Source of the DNA: an uncultured Verrucomicrobiae bacterium
Lineage (GTDB): Bacteria; Verrucomicrobiota; Verrucomicrobiia; Chthoniobacterales; JAFAMB01
Direction: 5' to 3'
Assembly (NCBI GenBank): GCA_963813025.1
Contig: CAWEXO010000010.1
Span: 1 to 12,743 of the forward strand
Length of the DNA: 12,743 nt
Every line of letters starts with the position of its first letter. The stretch's first letter is position 1. Both the position numbers and the translations under genes were made by a program. This document shows positions 1 to 6,624 of the stretch, one piece after another. The notes under the pieces were generated by a model. The model ran no database searches. It saw only the letters and a program-made list of their open reading frames with translations, and was not told where the DNA came from.

Positions 1-1008
1 GCGCGCCAGGGCTTCCAATAAAGCGTTCCGATAGGACTGCAGCCGTTTGGCTGCCTTCCGCCAGGGTGCAACCGCTCCGCCCCGAACGGATCTCTCCGGA
101 TCCGGTATCACGAGGTCGGGATCGAAAAATGCCTCCGTACCTAATCCTTGGCAGGCGGGGCACGCGCCGGCCAGGCTGTTGAAGGAAAAGTGTTTTGGGG
201 TTAACGGTGGCAGAACAAAGTCGGTCCTCGGGTTACAGAAATCCGTCGAGTAGGGGATATCCTTCCAGTTACTCTCGCCCGGTAATTGTTGCGCAATGAT
301 GATCCGATTGTTGCCCCAGCCTAGAGCTGTATCGACTGACTCAGCCAACCGGGTTCGCACACCTTCTCGGACGATCAATCGATCCACGATAATTTCGATG
401 GTGTGCCGGCGATTTTTTGTCAGACGGATGGGCTCCGGTCGACTCAATTCCAGGATCTCACCGTCTACCCGGACTCGGACAAAACCTTCTCGTTTGATTT
501 TTTCAAGAACGTCGCGGTACTCGCCTAGTTGGCAACGCACGACTGGAGCAATCACCGAGAGTCTGGTTTCCTCCGGGTAGGCCAGAATCTGATCCACAAT
601 CTGCTGGGGCGTTTGTTTGAATATCTTCTCGCCGGTGGCGGGATCGTGGGGCTGGCCAACCGCCGAATAGAGGACACGAAGATAGTCATAAATCTCGGTC
701 GTGGTCGCGATGGTCGAGCGCGGATTTGCTACCGAGCCACGCTGCTCGATCGCGATTGAGGGCGAAAGCCCCTCGATGAAATCGACATCCGGCTTTTGCA
801 TCTGATCGAGAAATTGCCGGGCGTACGCGGATAAGCTCTCGACATAGCGCCTTTGTCCTTCGGCGTAAAGCGTATCAAACGCCAGGGAGGATTTGCCGGA
901 GCCGCTCATTCCGGTGATCACCACCAGCTTCTCGCGAGGCAACTCGACATTGATGTTCTGCAAATTGTGCTGGCGAGCACCTATGATGCGAATCTTCTCA
1001 GCAGACAT
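1..1008 (-). CDS. uvrA: Excinuclease ABC subunit A, 5' part (runs off the left edge)
   Basis: Manual minus-strand translation from ATG 1008: [67 protein letters not shown]...[10 protein letters not shown]...[17 protein letters not shown]. Walker A and UvrA signature motifs are present. Absent from the ORF track, consistent with no stop inside the window. Confidence 0.97.
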   Translation of the reverse strand, partial: MSAEKIRIIGARQHNLQNINVELPREKLVVITGMSGSGKSSLAFDTLYAEGQRRYVESLSAYARQFLDQMQKPDVDFIEGLSPSIAIEQRGSVANPRSTIATTTEIYDYLRVLYSAVGQPHDPATGEKIFKQTPQQIVDQILAYPEETRLSVIAPVVRCQLGEYRDVLEKIKREGFVRVRVDGEILELSRPEPIRLTKNRRHTIEIIVDRLIVREGVRTRLAESVDTALGWGNNRIIIAQQLPGESNWKDIPYSTDFCNPRTDFVLPPLTPKHFSFNSLAGACPACQGLGTEAFFDPDLVIPDPERSVRGGAVAPWRKAAKRLQSYRNALLEALAR

Positions 1009-1099
1009 CGGGTGAAAATCGGTAAAGCGATTAACCAAGCACAACCCGGCAGACCGGACCAGCGGTTTTGTGGTGCAGACGGCGATGGGCTCCTGCACG

Positions 1100-1122
1100 G
1101 TAGGGACCGGCTCCGTCGGTCC
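1100..1122 (+). repeat. Solitary GTAG-type REP-like hairpin
   Basis: GTAG followed by GGACCGG-CTCCG-TCGGTCC (7-bp stem with one G-T pair) in the uvrA/SDR divergent intergenic region. Confidence 0.5.
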
Positions 1123-1157
1123 TCCCCTCGACCTTGGCCAGCCCACCAGATTCCCGC

Positions 1158-1209
1158 TTGACAAGACTTAAATAGTTGTACAAGTGTTTAAGAACAAAAG
1201 ATGTTTCTT
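1158..1209 (+). promoter_or_regulatory. Putative promoter/operator of the SDR gene
   Basis: Perfect TTGACA at 1158-1163 in an AT-rich patch. Imperfect palindromes TTgtACA-ag-TGTttAA (1176-1191) and AAGAACA-aaaga-TGTTTCTT (1190-1209). No clean -10 at 17 bp. Confidence 0.4.
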
Positions 1210-1659
1210 ATGAATAAATTGTCCGATAAAGTTGCCCTCGTGACCGGCGCAGCCAAAGGGATCGGCGCCGGGATTGCCAAAAGCTTCGCCGCCGAAGGCG
1301 CCGCCGTTGGTGGCAGTATCATCAATATCGGATCAGTCGTGACCCGGACGAACCCGCCGAATACGTGCATCTATACTGCGTCAAAAGCGGCCGTCGATGC
1401 GGTAACCTCGGTTCTGGCGAAGGAGTTAGGTCCGAGAAAGATCCGCGTTAACTCGATTAATCCGGGCTTTGTTGAGACGGAGGGAACTCATGCTGCCGGA
1501 TTCGTAGGAAGTGATTTCGCGAAGGAGGCGATCGCCCAAACTCCTCTCGGCCGCGGGGGGCAGCCCGATGACATTGGTCCGATCGCGGTATTCCTGGCCT
1601 CGGATGATTCCCGCTGGGTGACCGGCGAGCATCTGCTGGCTTCCGGCGGTTTACGGTAA
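1210..1659 (+). pseudogene. Short-chain dehydrogenase/reductase (FabG-like) with a large in-frame internal deletion
   Basis: TGAAKGIG Rossmann motif, then EGAAV fused directly to GGSIINIGS. The segment containing the NNAG motif is absent. YTASK (YxxxK), NSINPG and the TPLGR..VFLAS C-terminus are intact. 149 aa versus about 250 aa for classical SDRs. Confidence 0.8.
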
Positions 1660-1685
1660 AACTATGGCTGTTCTTCGTCGAGGGG

Positions 1686-1704
1686 GGCCGACTATCGGTC
1701 GGCC
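1686..1704. repeat. GC-rich hairpin after the SDR stop (degenerate REP or weak terminator)
   Basis: GGCCGAC-TATCG-GTCGGCC perfect 7-bp stem with no U-tract. Confidence 0.4.
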
Positions 1705-1784
1705 TGCTCAGTAATCCTGTTCAGCGTTTCGCTGTCGGAAACAAACTGATGGCGGCTGTCGCGGCTCCAGTGAATGCTAGGTAG

Positions 1785-2087
1785 ATGTCAGGGCCCAAGC
1801 GCAGCACGGTTTCCGAGAAGCAGGTCCAAGGGATCAGCAAAGCGCTAGCCGATCCAACACGCTACGAGATACTGAAACGCATCGGGCGGTGTCGGGATGG
1901 GCTGGCTTGCGAAGCCGTTCGCGATTGTCTTAAAATCAGCGCGCCCAACCTGTCTCACCACATGAAAGAGCTTGAGACGGCCGGTTTGATTACAGCGGAG
2001 CGCCGTGGAAGGCTTATCCATTACCGTGTCCGATCCGAAGTGCTCGAACGATTCTTCAATCGTTTGAAAGAGGATCTAAAGTGTTGA
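1785..2087 (+). CDS. ArsR/SmtB family transcriptional regulator
   Basis: KALADPTRYEIL...ISAPNLSHHMKELETAGLITAERRGRLIHYRV winged-helix signature; 100 aa. Confidence 0.92.
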   Translation: MSGPKRSTVSEKQVQGISKALADPTRYEILKRIGRCRDGLACEAVRDCLKISAPNLSHHMKELETAGLITAERRGRLIHYRVRSEVLERFFNRLKEDLKC

Positions 2088-2440
2088 TTGTGTTTGGGGG
2101 CTTGCCAGACGGGGAAGACAACCTGCGGCTGGGCCGGATCGTTATCGCCGATTCAGTCAATCCGCTGCAGTGTACACGCGATGCTTGGCTTTTGGCTGCC
2201 CGGCGCGCGTCGACAGAGGCGGTGGAGGTAGAGTTTGTCTGTTCTGATACGGCCTTGCACCGCCGGCGGATTGAGACTCGAATGCCCGACATAGAAGGAC
2301 TGAACCCACCTGTTTGGCGCGAGGTAATCGATCGCGAATATCAAGCTTGGGATCGCCCCCATGTCACGATTGACACGGCATACAGGACGATTAAGGAAAC
2401 GGTCCGAGAGCTCCTTGTTCAGGTAGGTTTTCCGCCATAA
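2081..2440 (+). pseudogene. AAA_33 / predicted P-loop kinase with the Walker A region deleted
   Basis: MLIVFGGLP start and EDNLRLGRIVIADSVNP...VCSD..HRRRIETR..DI...W..V..REY..WDR...IDTA match the small AAA_33 kinase family. The P-loop and roughly 50 following residues are missing from the frame. Overlaps the ArsR stop. Confidence 0.72.
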
Positions 2441-2461
2441 GTTGACCCCTCTGGCCCGAAT

Positions 2462-3499
2462 TCACTCGGCCATCAGCTTCGTTACTTGTGGCCCAAGGTC
2501 CGCCGGCTGAACGGCAGTTGATCGCACGATTCCGGCTTTATCGATTAACCAACTCTCGGGAATCGAGTGGACCCCGTATTTCGCGGCAATCCCAGTGTTC
2601 CAGCCTTGTCCATCGAAGTATTGCGGCCAGGGCAGAGATTTTCGGGCAATGAAATTTTCCAGGGCTTGACGATCCCGATCCAAGGAGATACCGACTACGA
2701 CAAAATCGTCGCGATATTTTTGCCAGACCTCTTTCAAAGCCGGCAATTCGCGAATGCAATCGGGACACCAGGTGGCCCAAAAGTTGATCAAGACGACTTT
2801 GCCGCGCAGTTTGCCCAAATCGAGGTTGCTGCCGTCCAAGGAGCTGAAGGATAACTTGAGGGGTTTCCCGATCAGCTGGGCGCGATCGAGTCTGGCCCGC
2901 GCAGCCTCCGCCGCTTTTGGATCACTGGAACGCGAGAGCTGCTGCAGAAAGTCAGTCGCCTTTTTGGAGTCAAGCCGGAACAGGAGATCAGCCCGAGCGA
3001 GCTGATACGGTACCGTTTCGGCCGCGGATGGGTGGGCGGCCAGGAAGGCTCCGATGCGTTGTTCCAACGCGGACAGCTCTTCGCGGGAGGATAGCGCGTC
3101 GGAATTGTCGATCCAGTTTTCCAGCGCGGCCTGGGCGCCCTGGGAGCGAAGTTCCGGAGAAGCCGTGACGTTTTCAAGCGCTCGAACGTCTCTTTCATTC
3201 TGCTCAAGAAGTGAAAGCCGCTCCGGAACGCTGCCGGCAAAGTCGGTAGTCTCTATCTTCCAGACGAGAGCCAGGGGAGCACGGCTATCTCCGGGGAATT
3301 GTTGGACGAAAGCGGCCGCTGCCTCGTGCAGGGCGTTTTTGGGACCGGCACGAAATTCGACGGCGTTCACCCCGGCCGGCACCGGTGCATCAACCCTTTG
3401 CCGCAACTGTTGGAGCTGTTGCCAGTGGGAGTCCGCCTCCGGCGCGGCAAAAGCCGGGATCAGCCAAAGCAGCAAAAGGCTCGCAATCAAAAATCGCAT
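2462..3499 (-). CDS. Exported TlpA/ResA-family thiol-disulfide oxidoreductase with an N-terminal helical domain
   Basis: Signal peptide MRFLIASLLLLWLIPAFA; C-terminal redoxin domain LRGKVVLINFWATWCPDCIRELP...GISLD...YGVHSIPESWLIDKAG. Confidence 0.9.
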   Translation of the reverse strand: MRFLIASLLLLWLIPAFAAPEADSHWQQLQQLRQRVDAPVPAGVNAVEFRAGPKNALHEAAAAFVQQFPGDSRAPLALVWKIETTDFAGSVPERLSLLEQNERDVRALENVTASPELRSQGAQAALENWIDNSDALSSREELSALEQRIGAFLAAHPSAAETVPYQLARADLLFRLDSKKATDFLQQLSRSSDPKAAEAARARLDRAQLIGKPLKLSFSSLDGSNLDLGKLRGKVVLINFWATWCPDCIRELPALKEVWQKYRDDFVVVGISLDRDRQALENFIARKSLPWPQYFDGQGWNTGIAAKYGVHSIPESWLIDKAGIVRSTAVQPADLGPQVTKLMAE

Positions 3500-3759
3500 G
3501 GAGATTCGATAATATGGTCGCGCGTTTGGTCAAGCACAGGTTGAAGCAGCTCGAGCGGCTTGCGACGTAGCGCGGACGGCCTCGTCCGTAAATCTCGACT
3601 GTCCGCTGGAATAGGTGGTCCGCCAAGATCGTTTCCAAAGCTCACCGAGAGCCGAAACTTTTTCGGAACCGGTCACCACAAAGAAGAAAACGGGAAAGCC
3701 AGCATGCCGAGAAAGGCTCACTATGCCCCGCTGGTGCGGCGAGAGGTACGGACGAGGCC

Positions 3760-4112
3760 GGGCGTGTCGGACTTTGGAAATCTGTAGCACGCCACCAAGC
3801 GAATGGTCGCCCGAGCGGTTAGAGATCGTCTCAGAATGCCGCACTGTCTTGTGGCGGTAGGGCGAAAATTTAGAGCATGTCTCGCAACATCCCAAAATCG
3901 GTAGGGCGAGAATTCATCTGAGCCTTGGGCGAAGACTCGTTCGAGCCGGGCGCTGCGGCAGGTCACACTGAAGACGGCTCAAACAAGTTCTCGCTAAAGC
4001 TCGAATAAATTTTCGCCCTACCGGCGCAGGACCAAAGACGCTTTGGGACATGTCTCGAACCTTAGTTAGCTCGATTGCGCGAGCTACAGATTGACCAAAG
4101 TCCGACAGACCC
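3760..4112. mobile_element. 353-bp MITE with ~30-bp terminal inverted repeats and a 6-bp target-site duplication
   Basis: Left end GGGCGTGTCGGACTTTGGAAATCTGTAGC (3760-3788). Reverse complement of the right end (4083-4112) is GGGTCTGTCGGACTTTGGTCAATCTGTAGC (26/30 match). GAGGCC is duplicated at 3754-3759 and 4113-4118. No credible ORF inside. Confidence 0.88.
3899..4023. repeat. Long inverted repeat / REPIN of a second GTAG family (family B) inside the MITE
   Basis: cgGTAGGGCGAGAATTCATCTGAGCCTTGGGCGAAGACTCGTTCGAGCCG (3899-3948) versus the reverse complement of 3975-4023, cgGTAGGGCGAAAATTTATTCGAGCTTTAGCGAGAACTTGTTTGAGCCG. A third, truncated copy GTAGGGCGAAAATTTA lies at 3857-3872. Confidence 0.85.
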
Positions 4113-4132
4113 GAGGCCCTCCGCGCTACGCA

Positions 4133-4151
4133 GAGCGGGTTTCACCCGCTC
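4133..4151 (-). terminator. Hairpin just downstream of the radical SAM gene
   Basis: GAGCGGGT-TTC-ACCCGCTC perfect 8-bp stem 17 bp after the stop. There is no U-tract, so a terminator role is uncertain; it overlaps the REPIN arm. Confidence 0.35.
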
Positions 4152-4168
4152 GAGCCAGTTCCTCACGC

Positions 4169-5281
4169 TCAGCCAAATAATTCGAGTTGGTTTCGTTGCA
4201 CTCGGCGGAATGCGGCAGTGCTCAATTCCAAGTGTCTTTCGGGCAGACCAGCCCGGCGGCAGCCCACCTCAAAAATCCGCTGCATTTGCTCGGCCAACAA
4301 TCCCTGGCCTTTCATGCGTGACCCAAAACGCGAATCGTTCAATTGGCCATCCCGCATCGAGCGAATCCGCCCGAGGATCTTTTCGGCGGCTTCAGGAAAT
4401 TGGGCATTGAGCCAAGCAGTAAAGATTGGAGCAACGGATAAGGGTAATCGAACCATGGTGTAAGCGGCGAACCGGGCGCCGGCTTCGGCTGCTGAGGCCA
4501 AAATATCGGGAATTTCATGGTCGTTCAGGCCAGGAATTACCGGCGCTACGTTGACGCCGACGGGAATCCCGGCGCTCGCCAGCGTGCGCACCGCATCCAG
4601 CCGAGCGGCCGGCAAGGAAGCTCGCGGTTCCATTTTGCGAGCGAGCTCGGGAACGAGAGTTGTCACCGAGATAGTCACACCGACAGCACTCCAGCGGACC
4701 AGCTCGGTCAGGAGATCGAGATCACGCACAACCAAGCGATTTTTTGTAACGATAAAGACCGGATTCCGAAACTCGGCGAGGACAGCCAGGCAGGCGCGGG
4801 TCAGGGCGAGCTTGCGTTCGATTGGCTGGTAGCAATCGGTGACGCCGCTCATCGTAATTACCTGCGGTTTCCAGCCAGAGGCACTCAGCGTTTGGCGGAG
4901 AAGTTCGGCGGCACGTTTCTTCACCAGAATACGCGACTCGAAATCCAGGCCGGCCGAGAACCCTAAATATTCGTGGGTTGGCCGAGCGTAACAATAGGAG
5001 CATCCGTGCTCGCAACCACGGTACGGGTTCAAGCTCACATCGAACCCGACGTCGGGGCTTTGGTTATGGGCGAGAATGGTTTGGGTGTCGTCCCGCAGGA
5101 ACTCGGTTCGGCGCAAGGGTTGTAGGGAGGCGTCGTTGGAGCTGGACGAGTCTTCCAGCCAATCGTCGGGCTCGTAATGGAGTCGCTCGAAACGATTCGG
5201 CGGGCTGATCGTAGCGCCGCGTCCTTTTGTCGTTGGATTAGAGGGATGGGACGCCATCCGGTAACATCGACCGGCCTCCAT
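4169..5281 (-). CDS. PA0069/Rv2578c-family (SplB-like) radical SAM protein; start may be 5257
   Basis: SLNPYRGCEHGCSYCYARPTHEYLGFSAGLDFES (CxxxCxxC), VTDCYQPIER, EPRAS, PVIPGLNDHE; ends QLELFG. Confidence 0.93.
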   Translation of the reverse strand: MEAGRCYRMASHPSNPTTKGRGATISPPNRFERLHYEPDDWLEDSSSSNDASLQPLRRTEFLRDDTQTILAHNQSPDVGFDVSLNPYRGCEHGCSYCYARPTHEYLGFSAGLDFESRILVKKRAAELLRQTLSASGWKPQVITMSGVTDCYQPIERKLALTRACLAVLAEFRNPVFIVTKNRLVVRDLDLLTELVRWSAVGVTISVTTLVPELARKMEPRASLPAARLDAVRTLASAGIPVGVNVAPVIPGLNDHEIPDILASAAEAGARFAAYTMVRLPLSVAPIFTAWLNAQFPEAAEKILGRIRSMRDGQLNDSRFGSRMKGQGLLAEQMQRIFEVGCRRAGLPERHLELSTAAFRRVQRNQLELFG

Positions 5282-5284
5282 ACG

Positions 5285-5298
5285 TGGTCAAATGAACA
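5285..5298. promoter_or_regulatory. Putative LexA (SOS) box, Verrucomicrobia type
   Basis: TGGTC-AAAT-GAACA, one mismatch to the TGTTC-N4-GAACA palindrome, directly upstream of the radical SAM gene. Confidence 0.65.
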
Positions 5299-5325
5299 TA
5301 TTCGATAGGCGCTAAGGAACGCCCC

Positions 5326-5341
5326 AGGCCGTCCGCGCTAT
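5326..5341 (-). repeat. Half copy of family A REP
   Basis: Minus strand reads ATAGCGCGGACGGCCT (15/16 to the REP 5' part), then diverges right after the loop. Confidence 0.6.
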
Positions 5342-5388
5342 GCCGAAGAGGTCGCCATGACATGAGGACTGGAGAACCGGTTATTGGT

Positions 5389-6315
5389 TCAGCTGTTTTT
5401 CGCAATTTCTCGGCGAGCCGCTTCTTCGCCAACTTCATTGGGACGAACGAGCATAATTCCGGCAAATTTGCGATAGCGAAAAATATAATCATGCAGCGGA
5501 GTGTCCACGATTACCCGTCGCTCGTCCTTGGAGGCGTGCATAAAGCGCAATGTTCCCGCATAATCGCGATATGCCAAGCCGACGTGTTCGGTAAACCCTT
5601 CAGGACCCGCACCCGTAATGCAAATTACGTCGCCGTTCTGGATGTAAGGTTCGACACTCGCAACCCAAGCTCGCGGAATGTGATAGATCGTCCGACTGGC
5701 TATCCGGTTCTCGATCGTCGCGATCTGCGGAACGAGAGCCGGGTTGTTTCGCATGTAACGTGATGATCGCCAAAAGCGGCTCATCTCATTGAGGTAACGA
5801 CCGCGCATCGGAACTCCTCCAAGCGAGCGTGTTAGGTTGCGCACCAGGCCGCGCTTTTCGTTATCGTAGATCCAATCCTCCAGGTAGTGGAGGCGCGAGG
5901 TGTAGCTCCCGTCACAGCGGCCTCCGCGATAACGGTCGGCTTCGATCGTTGCCAGGAGATCCTGCGGGGTATAGTTGCCGTCTTTCGCGTGTAGCATGCG
6001 AGCAAAACCGAGCGACAGTTCGAAGAAAGTCCAGCAATCGACCGCGTTAAAGTTAACCGACGGAGCTTCTATTCGACTATCAATCTCCAGGGTATAATTG
6101 CGATAAGGCGTTCCCAGCAAAGCCTTCCCCACTACGACCGTCCGATCGCCGAGGGGCAAAGACCGCCAGTTTTCCCGCTCGCTTTCCTCGACCAAAGAAT
6201 TGAAACGAGATTCGCCGCGAAAAACTGTCGAGAAGGGCAAGGCGGCTCTGGCATGGCCAGAAAACGCGCTGAGACAGCATGCGGCCAGAGCAAAAAGCCA
6301 GAAGGCACTCCGCAT
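5389..6315 (-). CDS. DUF1460 (NlpC/P60-type N-acetylmuramoyl-L-alanine amidase-like) exported protein
   Basis: Signal peptide MRSAFWLFALAACCLSAFSGHARA from ATG 6315; LLGTPY...TLE, VDCWTF (catalytic Cys), RYRGG...Y.SRLHY..DW, IQNGDVI, HVGLA, FMHAS motifs. Confidence 0.88.
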   Translation of the reverse strand: MRSAFWLFALAACCLSAFSGHARAALPFSTVFRGESRFNSLVEESERENWRSLPLGDRTVVVGKALLGTPYRNYTLEIDSRIEAPSVNFNAVDCWTFFELSLGFARMLHAKDGNYTPQDLLATIEADRYRGGRCDGSYTSRLHYLEDWIYDNEKRGLVRNLTRSLGGVPMRGRYLNEMSRFWRSSRYMRNNPALVPQIATIENRIASRTIYHIPRAWVASVEPYIQNGDVICITGAGPEGFTEHVGLAYRDYAGTLRFMHASKDERRVIVDTPLHDYIFRYRKFAGIMLVRPNEVGEEAARREIAKNS

Positions 6316-6343
6316 GGCGCTATCATGCCGACTCCTGGGGAGG

Positions 6344-6594
6344 AGTTCAAGCAGTGGTTTGAGCGGCATCAGCGGCTGGCGTAGCGCGGACGGCCTTGTC
6401 CGTAGCCTTGCGAGCGGGAAGCCACCACAAACAACAAAAGCATTCCGCACTGCTGGTATAATCTGGAGTCAAAGCGGTCGCGGCGCGCTGCCAGTGCCAC
6501 GAAAGTACGGACAAGGCCGTCCGCGCTACGCAGCAATCAGCAGTCCGCTCATGTCGCGCAAGCCGCTGACGCCGCTCAAACCGCTGCTTGAACT
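6344..6594. mobile_element. Intact REPIN-like doublet (family A REP)
   Basis: Outer arms 6344-6377 and 6561-6594 form a 34-bp inverted repeat with 2 mismatches. Inner GCGTAGCGCGGACGGCCTTGTCCGTA (6379-6404) is a perfect 26-bp inverted repeat of 6506-6531. Spacer about 100 bp. Confidence 0.9.
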
Positions 6595-6616
6595 TCCCTG
6601 AACTTCCTCGAACTTC
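6590..6616 (+). repeat. Three GAACTTC direct repeats at a 10-bp period
   Basis: GAACTTC at 6590, 6600 and 6610, ending 8 bp before the yqeY ATG. Confidence 0.7.
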
Positions 6617-6624
6617 ATTCGTCC

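Larger units (their letters stand above)
3531..4155. mobile_element. REPIN-like doublet (family A REP) interrupted by a MITE
   Basis: Left REP 3567-3590 GTAGCGCGGACGGCCTCGTCCGTA. The inverted right REP is split into 3747-3759 and 4113-4129. Outer arm GCTCGAGCGG (3549-3558) pairs with CCGCTCGAGC (4146-4155). Confidence 0.8.

Noticed and set aside
47..1161. Plus-strand ORFs 47-253, 296-580, 529-759 and 853-1161
   Set aside because: Antisense shadows of uvrA, which occupies the minus strand.
1183..1196. LexA box for uvrA around GAACA 1192-1196
   Set aside because: The 14-mer AGTGT-TTAA-GAACA lacks the left half-site at N4 spacing, and the site is closer to the SDR start.
3390..3966. Short ORFs across the TlpA-radical SAM intergenic region, considered as a possible transposase or small protein
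   Set aside because: No recognisable HUH or DDE motif. They run through REP/MITE palindromes, which explain the region.
3899..4023. Structured ncRNA, tRNA or riboswitch
   Set aside because: No cloverleaf or known riboswitch motif recognised. The GTAG-led inverted pair fits a REP doublet better; an Infernal/Rfam search would be needed to exclude it fully.
6316..6450. 45-aa N-terminal extension of DUF1460 in the ORF track
   Set aside because: It is translated REPIN sequence; a clean signal peptide starts at ATG 6315.
3531..6594. CRISPR array interpretation of the repeats
   Set aside because: The repeats are dispersed inverted pairs, not regularly spaced direct repeats with unique spacers, and no cas genes are present.
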